64,000 bases of DNA. Source: an uncultured Gammaproteobacteria bacterium. Its GTDB lineage: Bacteria; Patescibacteriota; Microgenomatia; Levybacterales; GWA1-39-11. Where the stretch lies: positions 12,545 to 76,544 of the forward strand of contig CAZHDZ010000005.1 in NCBI GenBank assembly GCA_964531275.1, written 5' to 3'. Below are positions 46,841 through 56,541 of the stretch, piece by piece; position 1 is the first letter of the stretch, and every line of letters begins with the position of its first letter. The position numbers were made by a program, and so were the translations under genes. The notes under the pieces were generated by a model that saw only the letters and a program-made list of their open reading frames with translations, had not been told where the DNA came from and did no database searches.

Positions 46841-48118
46841 CTAGGCAGCTGCGTTAATAGCAGCCCTCATCATTCGTAGTACCTCTCTCGTTTCTTGTAT
46901 CGGTAGAACTGTCATTCTCCCAAATCTATCGCTATTAATTCCTCGATGCGTTAGTGCATATGTTTTGCCAGAGGCTAGTACAATTCCATATTCTGCGCTA
47001 AGTTCTGTGACAAAATTTTCATAACCCCCATCAAATACTAAAGTAGGGGTATCTTCATGTGTTGGAAGGGTTGATATTCTTAATTCCTCAGCTACATTCA
47101 TTGTGAATTCTTTTCTTTTTCTGGTTTCCTTTCGCATGGGTTCCAGAAAAGCCTTAAGGCTTTCAGGTTCTAATACGTAATTAAGGATGTCAAGTTTTGG
47201 ATCTGCATAATCAAGCGGTCTTCTGACGCTATCGTATTTTTTTCCTTCTTCAGGTGACATTATTCCAGTACCGACTTTTGTTTTTGCCATGCCTTTGCCT
47301 TTCGATCCAGAGTCCAGGTAGATTACATTTGGGAATTCTTTTGTGAAATGTGCGGGTGAGAATTTGTCATCAACAAAATCACCATAAGCTCCGTCAATTA
47401 TTACTGGGATTCCTAGCTCCGCGCATGTTCTGACTATTTCTCTTTGACCTTCATATGGAAGTATATCTCCTGTTGGATTATTCGGAGTATTTAAATACAC
47501 AATTTGTCTATCCTCTTCTCCGTTTTTCATTCTTCCAATTCTCTTTTTCGTTTTAAGCCATTTAATGGAAGGGTCTATTCTTTCGGATAACGGTTTGTAG
47601 AGAGATGACTCTTTGGGCCCATCAAGAGGACCATATCTGAGAAATGAATTTTCTGGATTAGCACCTCTTAATCTAACAGCGAAGTTAACAAGGTTTGGGA
47701 AGCATGGGCCTAGAGTGAGTATGCGAGTAGTAGTAGGTGGATTAGGCATTGCCCATACTAAGCGCTCTAGTATTTCATCGCTTCCACCTGCACTAAACAC
47801 AACATAGGGACTCTTTCCTAAATCATAGCGATCCCTAACATATTGTTCTGCCTGAGAAAGATCTACCTCTGCGTAATCCCCGTCTCCCAGGTAAAGTTCT
47901 TCTAAAGCCTTTCCTTTTTTTAGGGATCTCAGATATTTATGGGCAGTTTTTGGTGCCCCCAATCCAGTAACCCCGTGATTAACTTTTTTTTCTGGCACGT
48001 CTGTAGGAAGAGGTGGTGATCCCAGATAGGTTTCGGTTGGAGGTTTTGCCTGCAAGCCTTCTGTTTCGGGGAATGAGTTAGGCAATGCTGGTTGTCCGCC
48101 ATTTTCAACGACTGCCAT
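46841..48118 (-). CDS. Class I/II PLP aminotransferase, HisC-like (divergent)
   Basis: GSDEIL, PNNPTG, IIDGAYGDF, SGSK. Confidence 0.8.
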   Translation of the reverse strand: MAVVENGGQPALPNSFPETEGLQAKPPTETYLGSPPLPTDVPEKKVNHGVTGLGAPKTAHKYLRSLKKGKALEELYLGDGDYAEVDLSQAEQYVRDRYDLGKSPYVVFSAGGSDEILERLVWAMPNPPTTTRILTLGPCFPNLVNFAVRLRGANPENSFLRYGPLDGPKESSLYKPLSERIDPSIKWLKTKKRIGRMKNGEEDRQIVYLNTPNNPTGDILPYEGQREIVRTCAELGIPVIIDGAYGDFVDDKFSPAHFTKEFPNVIYLDSGSKGKGMAKTKVGTGIMSPEEGKKYDSVRRPLDYADPKLDILNYVLEPESLKAFLEPMRKETRKRKEFTMNVAEELRISTLPTHEDTPTLVFDGGYENFVTELSAEYGIVLASGKTYALTHRGINSDRFGRMTVLPIQETREVLRMMRAAINAAA

Positions 48119-48195
48119 ATTACGCGTATTCTACAACAATTATCCTATAATGAGCAAATTTGCAATATTTTTGTTGAGTGTTACACTAGTGCCAA

Positions 48196-49434
48196 ATGCC
48201 ATACGTTGTTTCTGACAAGATACTCTTTTTATCCGAAGCAAGTAAAGTTCTTTCATCATCTCTTGATTATTATGTAACGCTTGGGACCGTAGCTGAGCTT
48301 ATCGTAACTGGAGTTTCTGATTTCTGTATTATCGATATTTTTGATGGAAGGAAAATGTCTCGGGTTGCAGTAAGAGTTGCGGATCGAAAAAAACAAAAAC
48401 TTGCAGATAAAATGTATGAATTCCTCCCAAACCCGTCTAATAAGGAAGCTATATATGACACTGCCAAAAATAGCAAGACCGTTCTAATAAAAAAAGCTAC
48501 CCCATCATGGCTCAAGAAAGTATCAAAAATAAAGGAAGAACGCGAGACTGTACAAAAATTAGGTCTTAACTCACACCTATTTGTTCCGCTAATTAGTCGT
48601 GGTCAAACAATTGGTGTTTTGACAACTGCGTCAATGGACCCAAAGTTCTCTTATTCAGAAAATGATCTACCATTTATTGAAGAATTAGCAAATAGAGCTG
48701 CAGCAGCGGTTGATAAAGCTAGGCTTTATTTAGAAGCGCAAAAGGCATTAAGAACCAGGGACGAATTTTTATCAGTAGCGTCTCACGAGCTTAAAACGCC
48801 TTTGACATCAATCCTTCTTAATATACAGGCAGTTATAAAAAAAATTCAGAAAACTGAAAGCGATTCTCCCGAGATTAGAGAAATTATAAAAATGCTAGAG
48901 CTAAGTAGTAGGCAAAGTCATAGAATGGCAAGACTTATCAATGATCTCTTGAATGTATCGGTGGCATCAACCGGAAGGCTAAAAATAGAGAAGGAAAAAA
49001 TAGACTTGGTAGCACTTACAAAAGAGGTTATTTCAAGCTTTAAAACGCGCTTGAGAGAATCCAAGATCCAAGTGGTAGTAGATATGGACGATAAGATTAT
49101 TGGGATGTGGGATAAAATCAGGATAGAGCAAGTTATCGCAAATTTGTTATCCAATGCGATCAAATATGGGAAGGGGAAGCCAATTCTAATTACAGTTAAG
49201 AAAAAAGGGGAAACCGCTCATATGCGTATTAAAGATAATGGAATAGGAATTAAAAAGGTAGATCAGGAAATGATATTTGAGCAATTTAAAAGAGCAGTTG
49301 ATTCAAAAGAATACTCTGGGCTTGGAGTAGGTCTTTATATTTGCCTACAAATAGTAGAGGCCCATAAGGGAAAGCTTTCTGTGGAGAGTAAGGCTGGAAA
49401 TGGTGCGTCTTTTATTGTAGATCTCCCTCTTTAG
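48196..49434 (+). CDS. GAF-domain sensor histidine kinase
   Basis: ASHELKTPL, NLLSNAIKY, DNGIG, GLGVGL. Confidence 0.95.
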   Translation: MPYVVSDKILFLSEASKVLSSSLDYYVTLGTVAELIVTGVSDFCIIDIFDGRKMSRVAVRVADRKKQKLADKMYEFLPNPSNKEAIYDTAKNSKTVLIKKATPSWLKKVSKIKEERETVQKLGLNSHLFVPLISRGQTIGVLTTASMDPKFSYSENDLPFIEELANRAAAAVDKARLYLEAQKALRTRDEFLSVASHELKTPLTSILLNIQAVIKKIQKTESDSPEIREIIKMLELSSRQSHRMARLINDLLNVSVASTGRLKIEKEKIDLVALTKEVISSFKTRLRESKIQVVVDMDDKIIGMWDKIRIEQVIANLLSNAIKYGKGKPILITVKKKGETAHMRIKDNGIGIKKVDQEMIFEQFKRAVDSKEYSGLGVGLYICLQIVEAHKGKLSVESKAGNGASFIVDLPL

Positions 49435-49449
49435 TGCTATTATTCCCAA

Positions 49450-50253
49450 ATGTTTGAAATTCCAAAGCATAACGAAGCTGTAGCTTATGAAGTTGCAGAT
49501 GGCATAACCCAGATGACTGTAGGTAATGACGGGTGGGAAGGGACCGGTACTCCAAATTTCTATATTGTGGAAGGGAGAAAAAGAGCTGCAATTATTGATA
49601 CCGGAATGGGAACAGAGCAAGAAATCCAGTTGTTTGCTGACACTTGGCAACGGATTGGAGCTCCCCCAATTGGATTGGTGGTTGTGACACATTCGCATTT
49701 TGACCATGATGGTGGGGTTGAGGCTATAGAAAAAATAGCTGAAAGTAAGTCTCATGGAGGAAATGGAACAGCGTTAAAGCGTCGAAAGTTTGATTTGGGA
49801 GGAAGATCTTTGGAAATTATTCCAACTCCTGGGCACACCCAAGATAGTCTTGTCGTGAGGGACACGAAAACTGGAGTGGTGTTCACTGGTGATACAGTAA
49901 TAGGGGCAGATTCAGTGCTGGTATCGGCGGGAATACGGAATTATGTCAATAGTCTTGAAAGAATTAAAGAAATGCAGCCTACATTACTTCTATCCGGACA
50001 TGGACAACCGATTTTCAATGTTTCAGAAAAAATAGATACATATACAGAGAGGGTCATAAGGCGTGAACAGGGCATGGTTAGGCTCATCGCAAGGGGTGTT
50101 AGTAGTGTGCATAGCTTGGTTAAAGGATACTATGGGTATTTCGGAAGCGCAGCCGAAATCACTGCGCAAGCACATATAGATAAGCTTATTGGCGAGGGAA
50201 TAGTTGGTTATGACCCAAATGGAAAGTTGATTTTAATGAAAAATATAGGGTAA
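49450..50253 (+). CDS. Metallo-beta-lactamase fold hydrolase (LACTB2-like)
   Basis: THSHFDHDGG, TPGHT, FTGD, SGHG. Confidence 0.9.
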   Translation: MFEIPKHNEAVAYEVADGITQMTVGNDGWEGTGTPNFYIVEGRKRAAIIDTGMGTEQEIQLFADTWQRIGAPPIGLVVVTHSHFDHDGGVEAIEKIAESKSHGGNGTALKRRKFDLGGRSLEIIPTPGHTQDSLVVRDTKTGVVFTGDTVIGADSVLVSAGIRNYVNSLERIKEMQPTLLLSGHGQPIFNVSEKIDTYTERVIRREQGMVRLIARGVSSVHSLVKGYYGYFGSAAEITAQAHIDKLIGEGIVGYDPNGKLILMKNIG

Positions 50254-50263
50254 GATTAAATTC

Positions 50264-50848
50264 GTGACTTTCTTTGCCTACAATTTTTCATGGATGCTTT
50301 TTAACGTTGTTCTTGCATTCATTCCAATATTACTCGTAGTAGTTCTAAGGAGAAGGCTTAATATTTTTGTACATCTTATTGTCTTTTTCTTTTGGCTTTT
50401 ATTCTTGCCCAACACAATTTATCTCATAACTGATCTTCAGCACTTACCTTATCAGCTTTTCAGAGTAGGAATGGGAGAGCAGCTTATTCTTCTTGTACAA
50501 TTCTCTGTCTTAACAGCGTTTGGTGTTATGACATACGTATATTCGCTAGAGCCCATTGCTCTCATATTTAAAAGGCTCCGATTCCCAGAAATAAAAAAAG
50601 AAATTTTGTATATTGTCCTTAATTACATCATTTCTTTTGGCGTTATTTTGGGTAAAGTCCAACGAACTCACTCTTGGTATATTTTTACTGAGCCGAGTAA
50701 AGTAGTGCGGGATATATATTTAACCTTGACCAATTTGGAATTACTTACGTGGGTTCTGGTATTTGGATCAATAGTAAATGTACTGTTCTTTCTATTTAAA
50801 GACTATTTTCCTCCCCTCAGAAATACCGACAAGAAAAAGAAAAAATAA
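50264..50848 (+). CDS. DUF1361-like membrane protein
   Basis: NVVLAFIP, WLLFLPNTIYLITD, RTHSW. Confidence 0.8.
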   Translation: MTFFAYNFSWMLFNVVLAFIPILLVVVLRRRLNIFVHLIVFFFWLLFLPNTIYLITDLQHLPYQLFRVGMGEQLILLVQFSVLTAFGVMTYVYSLEPIALIFKRLRFPEIKKEILYIVLNYIISFGVILGKVQRTHSWYIFTEPSKVVRDIYLTLTNLELLTWVLVFGSIVNVLFFLFKDYFPPLRNTDKKKKK

Positions 50849-50849
50849 A

Positions 50850-51941
50850 TCAACGTATATAGTGTACTTGTTCCAGGACTCGAATGCCTTGCGAGGAGAG
50901 TACCCATGTATTTGTAGTAATTGCACTTCCCTCATCTTTGATGTGAGGAATATTTAGCCATCTATCAGGTGTAATTGCGGTAAGGCTGACCAGTGTCTCA
51001 TGAGCACCACCTGGTACTAGAAAGTCCACGCCGTGAACTGGATTTTGCTCAAGAGTTTGCGGATCTTCACTATATTCTTTTACTTGAATGAATCCTCCCG
51101 TTATTTTTGCAGCTGCTGCTACCTCAGAGTTCTCTTCTCTTCCTGTTCTGCCGGCACCTAAAAATACACCTTTATCGTGAAGTTCAAGTGGAAGAACAGA
51201 TAGTACTCCGGGTAGTAAATCACCTGCTTCTAATTCAAGTACTCGGGCGCCTGTTCTTTTTGCCCCTTCAATAATAGGAGAGTTAAATGGAGCACGTTTT
51301 CCTGAAGCTTCTAGCATTGCAAGGGTAACGCTGGATTTCGGCATTCGAAATTTGTCTGCAAGCCTTTCTATATTTTCCTCAATTGGAAGATTGTAGTCCA
51401 TCACACCATTTGCCTCTGGAGGACCTGAAAGCCTCATGATGTAATGAGTACCAGGTAAAACAGGTCGAAGACCGTGTCTTGAGCTTATTGTGAGGGTCGA
51501 TGATGCGCCTGGCTTAAGTTTTAGAGCAGCGTTTGTTCCTTCGACCGTATCACTGATTTTGTCTTTTTTTGGTGCATCCAAAGGGCCATACTCTCCTTTA
51601 GCGGAAGGGGCTGATGATCCAGTTTTGTCTAACTCCTTATCGCCTTCGCTGCCTACACTGATAGTTCTGAAAGGAATATTGTTAAGCCGGTATTCGAAAG
51701 GTTTTGTCGCTGCACCATCAATATCCGCTTTAAGGCTGTCTATCTCGCTCTTAGTTCTATCTACAGTAAGAAGTGGTTGGATGCTCTGGGCATGTCTATA
51801 AGCGCCAACTGCACCTTCAGCTGTTACTTGCGAGTAACTTTCGATCATTAGATCCATATCCGTTGCTACGGTATTAGTTGGACCACCGCCCATTCTTGTT
51901 TCTACGGCAAGTCCTGTATGTGCTATGTTTAATTCACTCAT
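50850..51941 (-). CDS. Divergent GlpX-like class II fructose-1,6-bisphosphatase
   Basis: VTAEGA, GSEG, DTVEGT, AGD, TAIT. Confidence 0.65.
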   Translation of the reverse strand: MSELNIAHTGLAVETRMGGGPTNTVATDMDLMIESYSQVTAEGAVGAYRHAQSIQPLLTVDRTKSEIDSLKADIDGAATKPFEYRLNNIPFRTISVGSEGDKELDKTGSSAPSAKGEYGPLDAPKKDKISDTVEGTNAALKLKPGASSTLTISSRHGLRPVLPGTHYIMRLSGPPEANGVMDYNLPIEENIERLADKFRMPKSSVTLAMLEASGKRAPFNSPIIEGAKRTGARVLELEAGDLLPGVLSVLPLELHDKGVFLGAGRTGREENSEVAAAAKITGGFIQVKEYSEDPQTLEQNPVHGVDFLVPGGAHETLVSLTAITPDRWLNIPHIKDEGSAITTNTWVLSSQGIRVLEQVHYIR

Positions 51942-52018
51942 TCAAAGCATGATATAGCCCGTCAAATAGGGCCGCTTGATAAAATCCTGACAAAATTACA
52001 CCATAAATCTGCCAAAAG

Positions 52019-52082
52019 TTGATCTCTTGACAGTAAATCTTGCATACGAAGTATGAAGATTGATCTCTTGACAGTAAATCTT
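52019..52082. repeat. 23-bp direct repeat containing TTGACA, separated by a GAA-loop hairpin
   Basis: ttgatctcttgacagtaaatctt at 52019-52041 and 52060-52082; catac-GAA-gtatg between. Confidence 0.8.
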
Positions 52083-52108
52083 ACATTTGATTATGCTAAA
52101 TGTACCTT

Positions 52109-52735
52109 ATGGCAACCGCAAAAAAAGGATTCCCACCCATTGTTATTGTTCTTATTGTCGTTGGTGTAATTGTTGTGGCAGTTGGGGGATTTTTCATGAT
52201 GAATAAGGACAAGATGGGAAGCATGATGAGTGGTAGTAATGCAGTGACCTCAATTAAAGATGCACTCACAAAATCAGTAAGTCTTGAATGCGAATATGTT
52301 GATGCTCAAAATGTAAAGTCCAAATACTACATTAAGAATGGTGCAATTCGCGCTGACATGGAATCTTCCGATCCAGAACAGACGGGAAGCATGATCATGA
52401 AAGATCGAAAGATATACTCATGGAAGGGCAAAGAAGGATTTATGATGGAGATTCCCGAAAGTAAAGACGAGGGAGACTCCATGAACAGCAAAGAATCAAA
52501 TGAGGCAGACAATCTCATAAAGGACCTTGAGGAATATAAAGACAAGTGTAAGCCTTCCGTCGTATCAGATAGTTTATTTACACCTCCAGCAGAAGTTGAG
52601 TTCCAAGACATGTCAAAAATGATGCAAGGAAGTGGAATGAGCGAAGATGAACTGAATAAAATGATGGAGCAGTATAAGGGCGGGGATTCTATGACAGGTG
52701 AAGAGCCTGTTACAGATTATTCAGAAGACTACTAA
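52109..52735 (+). CDS. Membrane-anchored protein with pilin-like N-terminus
   Basis: KKG|FPPIVIVLIVVG; SLECEY, IYSW, FTPP. Confidence 0.7.
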   Translation: MATAKKGFPPIVIVLIVVGVIVVAVGGFFMMNKDKMGSMMSGSNAVTSIKDALTKSVSLECEYVDAQNVKSKYYIKNGAIRADMESSDPEQTGSMIMKDRKIYSWKGKEGFMMEIPESKDEGDSMNSKESNEADNLIKDLEEYKDKCKPSVVSDSLFTPPAEVEFQDMSKMMQGSGMSEDELNKMMEQYKGGDSMTGEEPVTDYSEDY

Positions 52736-52742
52736 TCTTCAC

Positions 52743-54668
52743 ATGGCCAAAAAGACCAATTTTAAATCCCCACGTAATGCCCATGTTGGCAAACTCATAA
52801 TTGCTCTTGCAATTGTTACTCTTATCCTCGGTGCTATTTCTGCTGCTTACTATGTAAATTTTTGGGAAAAGATCCCTTTCATAAGTCAAAAAATTCAAGT
52901 TACAAGGCCAAAAGCTGACATGAGCCGTGCTCGTCAGATGACCATTGACCCCTCGAAAGATTCAGTTGTGACAATAGTAAATCGAGAAGGCGTTAGAATT
53001 TCACTTCAAATTCCTAAAAACGCATTAAAAGAAAAAACTTTAGTTAAATTAATTCCTTTCTATAAAGACAAAAATACTTCAAACCCTACATCGGGTGTAA
53101 TAGTCAGTCCAGCAAAATTGAATTTCGCAAAACCAGTAACGCTGGCATTTAATTTTTCGGAAAGTCAGGAGAAAAATGGTGTTGATGTTGATGTTGAGAA
53201 GGACCTTCATATAACAAGTGCTTCGCAAGTCTTGCAAATAGATTCTGAAGCAACAACATTAACCCCCAATTTAATAGCACGTGGTCTCGAGAGTAAAAAT
53301 TATCTACCTGCAAGAATACTAACGGGAGGAGCGTATGTATTCGATACTACCGGAAAACACCAGGCAGATTATGCCAGGTTAGCTCTTAAATCCAATAATG
53401 CTCATTCATTAATTGTTATGGAAAGCGCTACCGTGCTTCTTTCTAAAGGTGAAGCTCTGAAAAAATCAGATCTTGCCAAGGCTAAAAATGCTATAGCAAA
53501 GATTCTTTCAAAAAAGTCGCCACCTCCATACGAACTATTTGCGGCTCTTGCGATCGATCAAAAGCTCAACAAGAAAGTATCATTGATTCCACAGGCATAC
53601 GCATACGAAACAGGGCAGGGCTATTTTGAGGCAGTTTGCAAAGAGGAGGGATTGAGCGCATCTGATTATTTGGGCTTTGCCAAAGGCGCTCAGCTTATGG
53701 GTTACGATTCAATAGGAGAAAATTGCATACAGAAAGCAAAAAATTTGGTTGCAGAAGAGGCCAAAAAAATTCTCGCTAACCCAAATTCAGATCTAAAGAC
53801 CGTTATCCTTGCTCTTCAAGACATTCAGATAGTTGGTCTTGATGATGATTCACAACTAGATGAAGCATTGATTGAACAAGCTCAGAAAATAACTGAAAAA
53901 GAGGGTGCTGAGACCTTAGATGATCCAAATGCAACTGCAATTGATGCCGCAAAAGCATTGCAAAAAATGGAGGGAATGGGTATAGAGGATGGAGAAGTTC
54001 ATAATGCTCTTCAAAAGAAAGTTAAGGATGCTGTAAATCTTGATCAGTACGACAATATGGAAGCACCTGAGGATGAAGCGACAAGTGGACCCGACGATGA
54101 TCCAATCGCTTTACCTGATGACTATGGAGATGGTGGGACATTTGATGAGGAGCAGATTTTAAGTAATGCTGTTTGGTCAGTTGTTGGAGTGGAGCTTTTG
54201 AAGGTAATGGGGTTTGAAGAGCTGGATGAGGCATCTCTAAAGAAGAGATTTGATGAAATGGCAGACGCCACAATAGAACTAGGAAATGCGGCCTATACCA
54301 TGTGTGTAGAGTTGGGGGGAGACAACTGTGAAGATATCCAACATGAATTAGACAAGGTAGAGCCCGCTAGGCAAGAGGGATACAGGGTTGCTGAGGATAT
54401 AGGGGAAGTTCAGTCAAGAGATTATGAAGTGCCAGAATACACCGAGGAAAGCGGAGAAGAATATTTAGATGGTCTCTACGTAGGCGAATTAACTCCCACT
54501 CCAGAAGAGGATGGCCAATATGAATACGAATACGGGGGGGATTCCAGTTATGATGCAACGGACGAGACCTATGAGGAATATGACAGCTCATATGATAGCT
54601 CTGCAGAAGAGACAACGGACCAGAGTTACAACGAAGAAAATAATGATAATTCTTATGAAGAAAATTAA
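52743..54668 (+). CDS. Membrane-anchored protein with ZU5-like region and acidic Tyr-rich tail
   Basis: TM; LQIPKNAL...P..LNFAKPVTL; D/E/Y/S tail. Confidence 0.7.
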   Translation: MAKKTNFKSPRNAHVGKLIIALAIVTLILGAISAAYYVNFWEKIPFISQKIQVTRPKADMSRARQMTIDPSKDSVVTIVNREGVRISLQIPKNALKEKTLVKLIPFYKDKNTSNPTSGVIVSPAKLNFAKPVTLAFNFSESQEKNGVDVDVEKDLHITSASQVLQIDSEATTLTPNLIARGLESKNYLPARILTGGAYVFDTTGKHQADYARLALKSNNAHSLIVMESATVLLSKGEALKKSDLAKAKNAIAKILSKKSPPPYELFAALAIDQKLNKKVSLIPQAYAYETGQGYFEAVCKEEGLSASDYLGFAKGAQLMGYDSIGENCIQKAKNLVAEEAKKILANPNSDLKTVILALQDIQIVGLDDDSQLDEALIEQAQKITEKEGAETLDDPNATAIDAAKALQKMEGMGIEDGEVHNALQKKVKDAVNLDQYDNMEAPEDEATSGPDDDPIALPDDYGDGGTFDEEQILSNAVWSVVGVELLKVMGFEELDEASLKKRFDEMADATIELGNAAYTMCVELGGDNCEDIQHELDKVEPARQEGYRVAEDIGEVQSRDYEVPEYTEESGEEYLDGLYVGELTPTPEEDGQYEYEYGGDSSYDATDETYEEYDSSYDSSAEETTDQSYNEENNDNSYEEN

Positions 54669-54690
54669 AGAAAAGGAGGTGAATTAATTT

Positions 54691-54999
54691 ATGGCAACAA
54701 CAGACGCACAACAGAATAAAACAATGGCGATTTTGGCTTACATCCTATTTTTCATTCCACTTTTGGCTGCACCGAAATCAACATTCGCTAAATATCATGC
54801 AAATCAAGGACTTATCCTTTTGATATTCGCAATAGCAGTACAGGTAATTGGAGGCGTAGTTCCTTTCTTGGGATGGTTCTTAGTACTCCCGATAGGAAAT
54901 ATCGCAGTCCTAGTATTCTTTGTAATGGGTATTATTAATGCTTCAAATGGAGCAATGAAACCCCTTCCACTAATTGGAGGATTTACATTGATTAAGTAG
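54691..54999 (+). CDS. DUF4870-like membrane protein
   Basis: AILAY, FAKYHANQG, PLPLIG; SD AAGGAGGT. Confidence 0.85.
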   Translation: MATTDAQQNKTMAILAYILFFIPLLAAPKSTFAKYHANQGLILLIFAIAVQVIGGVVPFLGWFLVLPIGNIAVLVFFVMGIINASNGAMKPLPLIGGFTLIK

Positions 55000-55840
55000 A
55001 TTTCTTTTTCTGTTTTGGCTGTGGTTTGTTAATGGCATCCCCTTGGAATGCAAAAGAGGATGCGAAACAGACCACGCCAAATACACCAACCGCAAATGAG
55101 AATAATGTTTGGATTTCTCCTTGCCTTGCAATAAACAACATCGCAACCCGCTCAATAATAGGGAGTATGATAGCAACCATCCCGCTAGCATCTTTTGATA
55201 AAACTGTAAATAATCCAACAGAGGCAAATTGTGCAATGTGGAAAAGAATAAATCCACCTATCGCACTTAGTAGAAATGTAATTCCAACCCAGCGAAAACG
55301 GCTTTTATTATCAGGTGATCTTATAATTATAACAATAATGCTTAGAACCATAAGAATGCTTAGTGCTGGAAGAAGAATGGATACGATAGTATGACCAAGT
55401 CTAAGTCCTGCAAGGGCATCTCCCAAAGGGTACGAAAAATCATTTTCTTGAAGCGTTTTTATGAATTCCTGTGGGTTACCTTCTAGAGTGCTATTGCCAT
55501 CTGATGAATCGACCTCGCTTGGGATTTCTGAAAAGTCGTCAAATGATTCCTGAATGTCTGGGTTTTTGGCTAAGAATTCCTCTTTTATATCTTTAAAGGA
55601 AATTGTCGGTACGTTTTCGGTTTTGCCCGTTATCCAGTAGGCGGAATCATCAATGGCCCTATCAACTTTTCCCTTAATGTAGCCTGATGTAATAGGGGGA
55701 AAGTCTATTTTTTTATAGAGGCCGCTTTGTGACAACTCGTTTTTGATTGTGGTGGTAGATATACCGCCGTAGGAAATGGTTGCAAGGAGTATGACAAAAG
55801 GGGCTGTTGTTATAAAAAAGAGAAGGGCAAGGAGTCTCAT
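54992..55840 (-). CDS. Multi-pass membrane protein
   Basis: Four hydrophobic segments. Confidence 0.7.
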   Translation of the reverse strand: MRLLALLFFITTAPFVILLATISYGGISTTTIKNELSQSGLYKKIDFPPITSGYIKGKVDRAIDDSAYWITGKTENVPTISFKDIKEEFLAKNPDIQESFDDFSEIPSEVDSSDGNSTLEGNPQEFIKTLQENDFSYPLGDALAGLRLGHTIVSILLPALSILMVLSIIVIIIRSPDNKSRFRWVGITFLLSAIGGFILFHIAQFASVGLFTVLSKDASGMVAIILPIIERVAMLFIARQGEIQTLFSFAVGVFGVVCFASSFAFQGDAINKPQPKQKKKST

Positions 55841-55843
55841 GGG

Positions 55844-56296
55844 TTAGACATATGTCCTTACATTTTGAATAATATCTTGAGGTGTAACATTTGATTTTAT
55901 GAGAAATGCGTTCGCATTTCCAAAAAGCTTTGTCTCTCGTATCGAGTCTATATCTCCTGCATTTGTTAATATAATTACAGGCAATTTTTCAAATCCAGGA
56001 AGCCCTCTTAGGGTTCTGAGCATAGTTTTGCCATCCATGACAGGCATCATGAGGTCCAACAGAATAATGTCGGGTCTTTGTGCTTGTGCTATTTCAAGTC
56101 CTTTTAGGCCGTTTTCTGCTGAAATAACCTCAAGCTGTTCTGCTTTTAGCACTTCTACATACAAATTGCGTAGGGCTTCATCGTCTTCCACGACAAGAAT
56201 CTTTTTCATTTTGGCAGCAGGTGGGGCGGCAGGAGACGTAGCAGGTGTCTCCTGAGGCTTATTTGATCCAAATCCAAGCTTATTTAATAGTCCCAT
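55844..56296 (-). CDS. Single-domain response regulator with N-terminal extension
   Basis: VEDD, LDLMMPVMDG, LTN, FLIK. Confidence 0.9.
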   Translation of the reverse strand: MGLLNKLGFGSNKPQETPATSPAAPPAAKMKKILVVEDDEALRNLYVEVLKAEQLEVISAENGLKGLEIAQAQRPDIILLDLMMPVMDGKTMLRTLRGLPGFEKLPVIILTNAGDIDSIRETKLFGNANAFLIKSNVTPQDIIQNVRTYV

Positions 56297-56541
56297 ACCC
56301 CATATTACCTTTGTAAGAATTTTATGTCAATTTCATTGTATTTTGACCTTTTTATGATATGATTTGACAGCTTTTCTATCCCATAGCAATTTGCAGACTT
56401 GTTTTGCAATTTTTGCGTGCTATGGATATGGACAAAGCTGTTCTTTAAAAATCTGTTATTTTTCGGCGAGAGCAAATTGAGGTAAAAGATTGCCTGCGTT
56501 TGCGCTCGCCGGAAAGGATGAGCGGAAAGAAGGAGGTTGGG

